Assembly (NCBI GenBank): GCA_041742355.1
Contig: JBGSIV010000053.1
Location: 1-10,280 of the forward strand
DNA: 10,280 nucleotides
Source: Candidatus Zixiibacteriota bacterium
GTDB taxonomy: Bacteria; Zixibacteria; MSB-5A5; GN15; FEB-12
Direction: 5' to 3'
Below are positions 5,864 through 10,280 of the stretch, one piece after another. The number at the start of each line of letters is the position of its first letter. Position 1 is the stretch's first letter. The position numbers and the translations under genes were made by a program. A model generated the notes under the pieces. It was not told the DNA's origin, made no database searches, and saw only the letters and a program-made list of their open reading frames with translations.

Positions 5864-6868
5864 CTACCGCCGCTCCACCGGCACTTCCAGCGGATTCATC
5901 CGAAGATACTCGGTCGCCTCGATCTTCCGCCGAATCGCCTTGTACCCGCGTTCCACCTGCTCCGGCGTCAGATCGAGCACCCCGGCCGCCTCCGCCGCCG
6001 GCACTCCGTGCTCCATCGCGTACCAGAGCATGTCCATCGTGTAGAAGTTCAACCCGAAAAAGAACTCTTCCTGCGTCTGCTCAGAGCTGTACGTATCCGT
6101 CGTCGGCGTGCGATCGATAATCTCCTGCGGCACCCCGAGGTACTCCGCCAACTGGTATACCTGCGTCTTGAACAGGTGCGCGATCGGCTTCAGATCCGCG
6201 CCCCCGTCTCCCCACTTCACGAAAAACCCCTGCTCGTGCTCATCCTTGTTCCCCGTCCCGACCACCGCCCAGTTGCGCTTCTCCGCATGGTAGTACAACG
6301 TCGTCATCCGCAGCCGCTGCTTCAGGTTCGACGCCGCCACCACCTGCAGGTACACCGACATCGGCATCCGGCGGCTGTGCCACTGCCCCTGCGGATCCTC
6401 GATATTGAGCGTGAAGTAGTTGAACGACTGGTCTTCCAGCACGTTTGTTGGAATCACGATCTTGCACTTGTACGACGCATCGAACTCCGGAAACACCTCC
6501 CGGATCGCCTCGTCCCGGCGCTCGTAACACCGCATCCCGCTCAATCCGGCCGTCAGCACCTCTTCGGTCGTCTCAAAACCAAACCTCTCCGCCAGCTTCA
6601 GCGCGAGCTGCTTGCTCACCGGCGACGAGTCCTGCTCGGGCATCATGATCCCAATCACCCGCTGCGGCCCCAGCGCTTTCGCGCACAGCGCCACGACCAC
6701 CGACGAATCGATCCCGCCGGAAACGCCGACCACCGCGCCGCGCTTCTTCATCTTCACGCCGATCTGCTCCGCGATCACCTGGCACAGATTCCCGGCCACT
6801 TTCTCCGCATCGATCTTCAGGCTGTCTTTGGTGAATTTCACCGCCGTATCCTCTAGTTTGACCTTCAT
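5864..6868 (-). CDS. nadE: NH3-dependent NAD+ synthetase family protein (long form with central insertion); alternative start GTG at 6841
   Basis: PP-loop VVGVSGGIDSSVV; SNLKQRLRM; VVGTGNKDE; GFFVKWGDG; DLKPIAHLFKTQVYQLAEYLGVP; RTPTTD. No glutaminase domain. GAGGA precedes the GTG at 6841. Confidence 0.9.
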   Translation of the reverse strand: MKVKLEDTAVKFTKDSLKIDAEKVAGNLCQVIAEQIGVKMKKRGAVVGVSGGIDSSVVVALCAKALGPQRVIGIMMPEQDSSPVSKQLALKLAERFGFETTEEVLTAGLSGMRCYERRDEAIREVFPEFDASYKCKIVIPTNVLEDQSFNYFTLNIEDPQGQWHSRRMPMSVYLQVVAASNLKQRLRMTTLYYHAEKRNWAVVGTGNKDEHEQGFFVKWGDGGADLKPIAHLFKTQVYQLAEYLGVPQEIIDRTPTTDTYSSEQTQEEFFFGLNFYTMDMLWYAMEHGVPAAEAAGVLDLTPEQVERGYKAIRRKIEATEYLRMNPLEVPVERR

Positions 6869-6945
6869 ATATTTCGCTATTGCCTCGCCAAAGGTAATTG
6901 ATTCCTGCTAAAACACAACCCAAAACCGTCCACAATACGCCCCGT

Positions 6946-7803
6946 TCAGAACACCGGCGCCCCCACCGCCGGCGAATAGGCGTACCAGATTTTCAGCCGA
7001 CGGCCGCTCCCCTCCCCGGCTGCCCCGTCAACCCGAAGCAGCGCAAACGTCTTGTCCTCCGTCATCACCTGCACCCAGTCCCCCGCCTTCACCGCCACCC
7101 GGTCCTCCCCCGGCAGCGACGACAGCTTGGCCATCTCCGCCGTCACTTCCCCGTACTCCCCCCGAAACGGCAGCAGCCGAAACCGCGTCCTCCGCAGGAA
7201 ACCGAGCTGGTTCGGCGACCCGAGGTAGTCCTTCCCGTCAAGGGCGTAGTAGTACAGATCATTATCGACATTGTCCGCCCGGACATAGCCGTCCCGCGCG
7301 AAAGAAAATCCATCCTGCTCCCCCTTGTACCGCACCGCCAGATCCATAACGCCCCGGGGTCCGGGCACAATCAGAAGTTCCTCCGACGGCGCCGACAGAG
7401 ACCGGTCAGCAAACACCGTCCGGACATGCACGTAGTACGGCACGCCGTCCGAGAGCCCTTCCGCTTCATAAACCTCAACCCCGTCTTCCGGGTTCGTATC
7501 CCCCGGAAAGACCGGCTGGTTCCACGGCGTCACCTCGGCCGGAAGCACCGTCCCCGGATAGGCCGTAACCAGCGGCTCGCGGCTCACGTAAATGTTGTAG
7601 CCCGATGTCAGCACCGTGCAGTCGGCCTTGAACCTGACCAGCGCCCTGCCGGCCTCGACCTCGACTGCCACGTTATACGGCACGCACAGATCAACCCGTG
7701 AGACCAAAGGGGCTTCCGGCGCCTCTTCTCCAGGTTTCGGCCCAGTCCCGCCGCACCCGGCCACCACCAGTCCAAGCAGGATCGTCAACAGCATTCGTTT
7801 CAT
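6946..7803 (-). CDS. Lipoprotein with an FN3-like N-terminal domain, function unknown
   Basis: The likely start is ATG 7803, overlapping the peptidase TGA (ATGA); MKRMLLTILLGLVVAGC lipobox (Cys17); FN3-like pattern GYNIYVS...EGLSDGVPYYVHVRTV...SAPSEE. Confidence 0.88.
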   Translation of the reverse strand: MKRMLLTILLGLVVAGCGGTGPKPGEEAPEAPLVSRVDLCVPYNVAVEVEAGRALVRFKADCTVLTSGYNIYVSREPLVTAYPGTVLPAEVTPWNQPVFPGDTNPEDGVEVYEAEGLSDGVPYYVHVRTVFADRSLSAPSEELLIVPGPRGVMDLAVRYKGEQDGFSFARDGYVRADNVDNDLYYYALDGKDYLGSPNQLGFLRRTRFRLLPFRGEYGEVTAEMAKLSSLPGEDRVAVKAGDWVQVMTEDKTFALLRVDGAAGEGSGRRLKIWYAYSPAVGAPVF

Positions 7804-8969
7804 AACACGATCAGCTCCATCTGTCGGGGACACAGGTACTCCGCCCCCTCGTCCGTTATCGCCGCATCCTCTTCCAGCCCCACACACCCGATCCCCGGCA
7901 GGAGAATCTCCAGCTCCAGGGTTGTCACATTCCCCACCTCCAGCGGCTGCATCGGCATCGTGCCGTACCGCTCCCACTGCGGCCCGAGAATCCCGCCCCC
8001 GTCGTGCACATCCCGCCCGATAAAATGCCCCAGCGCATGCTGGTACTCCGGGTATCCGTTGTCGCGCAGTATTTCCCGCGCGAGCGCATCCACCTCGAAT
8101 CCCTTCACTCCCGGCCTGGCCTTCCGGCCAGTCGCGGTGATAATATCCCGAACCGTCTCGAACGCCTCGATCAATTCGGCCGGCGCTTTCGTCTCTCCCT
8201 TGCGGCGGAAATACGCCAGTCGCTGGAGATCCGAGCAATAGCCATCGAGCTTGATTCCGAAATCCACGTGCAGCAGATCCCCCGGTGCCAGTTTCGCCGC
8301 CGATGGCGCGCCGTGGCCCGGCGCGCTCTTGTCTCCCGCGTTCACAATCGTATCGAACGACATCACCCCGCCGGTCGCGAGGATCTCCCGATCGATCAGC
8401 TCTCCCACCTCCGCTTCCGACATCCCCACCCGCAACATCGGCACCACCCGCTCCCACACGCTCACCGTCTGCCGCGCTGCCTCGGCAATCAGCTCGATCT
8501 CCCCCGGCAACTTCCGACTCCGAAGTTTGCTGACCAACTGCTCGGATGAGATCAGCCGATCCACGTAGGGCGTCCCCTCGAGGTACTCCTGCAGCAGCAG
8601 GTACATGCCGTGCGTGAGACCATCCGCGGCCACGTCATTCACCGAGTAGTTGATCGCGATCGACTTCGGATCCAGCCGCGTGATCAACTTGACCAGATCC
8701 GGTTTGACATCCTGGGTGTAGGTCAACACCTCGATGAACTGCTTCGCCCGACGGAAATTCGCCTCGTCATGATTCCCCACCAGCGCAACCCCATCCCCCT
8801 GGCGCGTAAACGCGAAAAACGACTGCCACGTCGCCGCATGGCCGACCACCAGCGCCACCGTCGGATCGGCCATCATATTCGTCTCTCTGACAAAAATCAG
8901 CCAGAGGTCGATATCCAGCTCGCCCAGAATCCCGATCCCCTGGGCCGCCTTGTCTTGCGTCAGATTCAT
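7800..8969 (-). CDS. Xaa-Pro peptidase family protein (M24B, aminopeptidase P/prolidase-like)
   Basis: Pita-bread metal ligands HVDFG, CSDLQR, HALGHFIGRDVHD, TLE and LEED; substrate His in PGHG; RSRKLPGEIE linker. Confidence 0.95.
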   Translation of the reverse strand: MNLTQDKAAQGIGILGELDIDLWLIFVRETNMMADPTVALVVGHAATWQSFFAFTRQGDGVALVGNHDEANFRRAKQFIEVLTYTQDVKPDLVKLITRLDPKSIAINYSVNDVAADGLTHGMYLLLQEYLEGTPYVDRLISSEQLVSKLRSRKLPGEIELIAEAARQTVSVWERVVPMLRVGMSEAEVGELIDREILATGGVMSFDTIVNAGDKSAPGHGAPSAAKLAPGDLLHVDFGIKLDGYCSDLQRLAYFRRKGETKAPAELIEAFETVRDIITATGRKARPGVKGFEVDALAREILRDNGYPEYQHALGHFIGRDVHDGGGILGPQWERYGTMPMQPLEVGNVTTLELEILLPGIGCVGLEEDAAITDEGAEYLCPRQMELIVL

Positions 8970-9004
8970 GCCGCCAAATTACGCCATTTCATGTTGTGAT
9001 ACAA
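8970..9004 (-). promoter_or_regulatory. sigma70-type promoter giving a probable leaderless mRNA for the peptidase operon
   Basis: Minus strand reads TTGTAT-N17-TAATTT-GGCGGC-ATG; no Shine-Dalgarno between the -10 and the ATG. Confidence 0.65.
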
Positions 9005-9062
9005 GCCCTTAGTTGGAAAGCCCTGTACGGGTGTCGCCGCCTGCCCGCCACCCCTGCCCCGG

Positions 9063-9090
9063 TGAACATCCTGCCCCCAATCGCCGATAA
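9063..9090 (+). promoter_or_regulatory. Putative sigma28 (FliA/SigD)-like promoter
   Basis: Perfect GCCGATAA (9083-9090) with TGAA 16 nt upstream (consensus TAAA-N15/16). Confidence 0.35.
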
Positions 9091-9152
9091 ATTACATGCG
9101 CTCTGGATTTCACCGCCGATCGATTGGACGTAACCGAAACCGGAGGTTCTCC

Positions 9153-9617
9153 ATGACCACATTCCTCATCATCGTCGTCATCGGCGTCGTTGTCGGCTTC
9201 GCCTGCAACGCCCTACGCAATCCCGAGGGCAAAGCCGCGTCACCCGATTCCCAAAGACCGGCCAATCCCAACCTTCCCTGCCTGAAAACCGGTTCCTGCC
9301 CCTACGAATACGATCGGCAGTCCGATCGCGACATCGAGGGCATGCCGTTCCTCGAAAACGATGACCGCTCCTGCCCCGTGTACGGCCACATCTGCCCGGA
9401 ATTCATGGAGCAGGTCGGCTTCACCCCCGAGGATCTCGAAATCCGCGCCGTCATTCACTGCGGCAGCCTCCTCGATATCGCGGCCGCGAACCGCCCCGAT
9501 ATCAACCCGGAGGCCGTTGCGGAAATGAAGAAGCGCCTCTCCGAGGTCGTGATCCTGTACCCGATCGACCGGTATCCGCAGTACTATTCGGTGGACGGCA
9601 GCCCGGCTGCCCGCTGA
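9153..9617 (+). CDS. Hypothetical membrane-anchored protein with Cys/His clusters (possible metal binding)
   Basis: Start reassigned to ATG 9153 (GGAGGTTCTCC-ATG); N-terminal TM helix; PCLKTGSCPY, SCPVYGHICPEF and IHCG; C-ending codons like other plus-strand genes. Confidence 0.85.
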   Translation: MTTFLIIVVIGVVVGFACNALRNPEGKAASPDSQRPANPNLPCLKTGSCPYEYDRQSDRDIEGMPFLENDDRSCPVYGHICPEFMEQVGFTPEDLEIRAVIHCGSLLDIAAANRPDINPEAVAEMKKRLSEVVILYPIDRYPQYYSVDGSPAAR

Positions 9618-9671
9618 TTCAGTTACCCCCCGCGCCGATTGAAAGACCCACCTCCTCAGCCTGCCTTCCCC

Positions 9672-9688
9672 TGTGCAATTTCTGCACA
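9672..9688. promoter_or_regulatory. Dyad TGTGCA-N5-TGCACA, candidate transcription factor site
   Basis: Perfect 6-bp inverted repeat about 120 nt upstream of the next start codon. Confidence 0.3.
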
Positions 9689-9805
9689 CCTCCCCGAACA
9701 TCCTCCTCAAGCCCCTGACTTTCCTTGTCGACACTAGAAGTGAAGTCTCATAGTCGAATTTGCCGTTCAGCCCTATATCAGCTTCCCCATCCGAGGAGGA
9801 TTTGT

Positions 9806-10234
9806 ATGTACGAGAGCGGTTACTCCGACCCTGGCCCGATCTTCGGCGCCTTTGCGACAGCCTTTATCGCCATTTTCGCCGTCCTCTACCTCTTCTGCGC
9901 GTATGCCCAGTATCGTATCGCGAAGAAGTGCGGCCTCGACGAACACGCCTGGTGGGGCTTTATCCCGATCCTCAACCTCTTCCTGTGGATTGAGTGCGCC
10001 CGCCGCGAATGGTACTGGTTCTTCTTCATGCTCGTGCCCTTCGTCAACATCGTCGTCTGGCTCATTCTCGCCGTCGACGTATGCAGGAACATTGGCCGGA
10101 GTCCGGTCTGGGGCATCCTGACCATCCTGCCCTTCATCAATCTTGTCGCGATCGGCGTGATGGCCTTTTCTGCCCCGGTGCGCACCTTTGCCGCCCCCGG
10201 GCGGACCCATCGCCGCACTCCCGTCGGCGTGTAG
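9806..10234 (+). CDS. DUF5684-like integral membrane protein
   Basis: Start reassigned to ATG 9806 (GAGGAGG Shine-Dalgarno); repeated W...(I/V/L)P(I/F)(L/V/I)N helices (WWGFIPILNL, MLVPFVNIV, TILPFINLV). Confidence 0.85.
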   Translation: MYESGYSDPGPIFGAFATAFIAIFAVLYLFCAYAQYRIAKKCGLDEHAWWGFIPILNLFLWIECARREWYWFFFMLVPFVNIVVWLILAVDVCRNIGRSPVWGILTILPFINLVAIGVMAFSAPVRTFAAPGRTHRRTPVGV

Positions 10235-10256
10235 CTCGATCGATCACCGATCTGTG

Positions 10257-10280
10257 CCGTCAGGCGGGGGCGCCTGACGG
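10257..10280 (+). terminator. 10-bp perfect hairpin after the DUF5684-like gene (terminator or REP-like)
   Basis: CCGTCAGGCG-GGGG-CGCCTGACGG; the window ends before any U-tract can be seen. Confidence 0.5.

Noticed and set aside
5640..6044. ORF containing RHCEERSDEAIS
   Set aside because: It is a translation of the repeat array and REP element, and it overlaps nadE on the opposite strand.
7804..8457. N-terminal extension of the 503-aa ORF
   Set aside because: It overlaps the peptidase in another frame; the lipoprotein signal and the ATGA overlap place the start at 7803.
3966..8999. Long antisense or off-frame ORFs (3966-5075, 4046-4984, 5786-6856, 6898-7701, 8004-8549)
   Set aside because: They overlap well-supported genes almost entirely and have His/Arg/Gly-rich shadow composition with no motifs.
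9153..9210. Lipoprotein signal in the Cys-rich protein (VVGFAC)
   Set aside because: Poor lipobox match and no basic N-region; a plain TM anchor is more likely.

Overview
GC-rich bacterial window. The dockerin-like C-terminal domain and the WTAPGDDG FN3 proteins resemble those of candidate phylum Zixibacteria (inference, not tested). The minus strand carries a run of Xaa-Pro (M24) peptidase, FN3-like lipoprotein, long-form NadE and an ANL adenylate-forming ligase. A second minus-strand pair is a membrane-anchored SGNH-fold protein that has lost its catalytic Ser and His, followed by a GT4 glycosyltransferase that runs off the left edge. Between these blocks, on the plus strand, are two secreted FN3 proteins. 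One has an FN3 that starts at strand B plus a dockerin; the other has two FN3 domains and ends in an orphan strand-A peptide, which suggests complementation in trans or a donor-strand assembly. At the right are a Cys-rich membrane-anchored hypothetical protein and a DUF5684-like membrane protein. Non-coding features include a clean sigma70 promoter with a structured 240-nt leader, a sigma54-like promoter, a probable leaderless promoter, a sigma28-like element, and a mosaic of CGTC- and GTGG-tagged REP-like palindromes with a 23-bp tandem array. No rRNA, tRNA, CRISPR array or transposase was seen.
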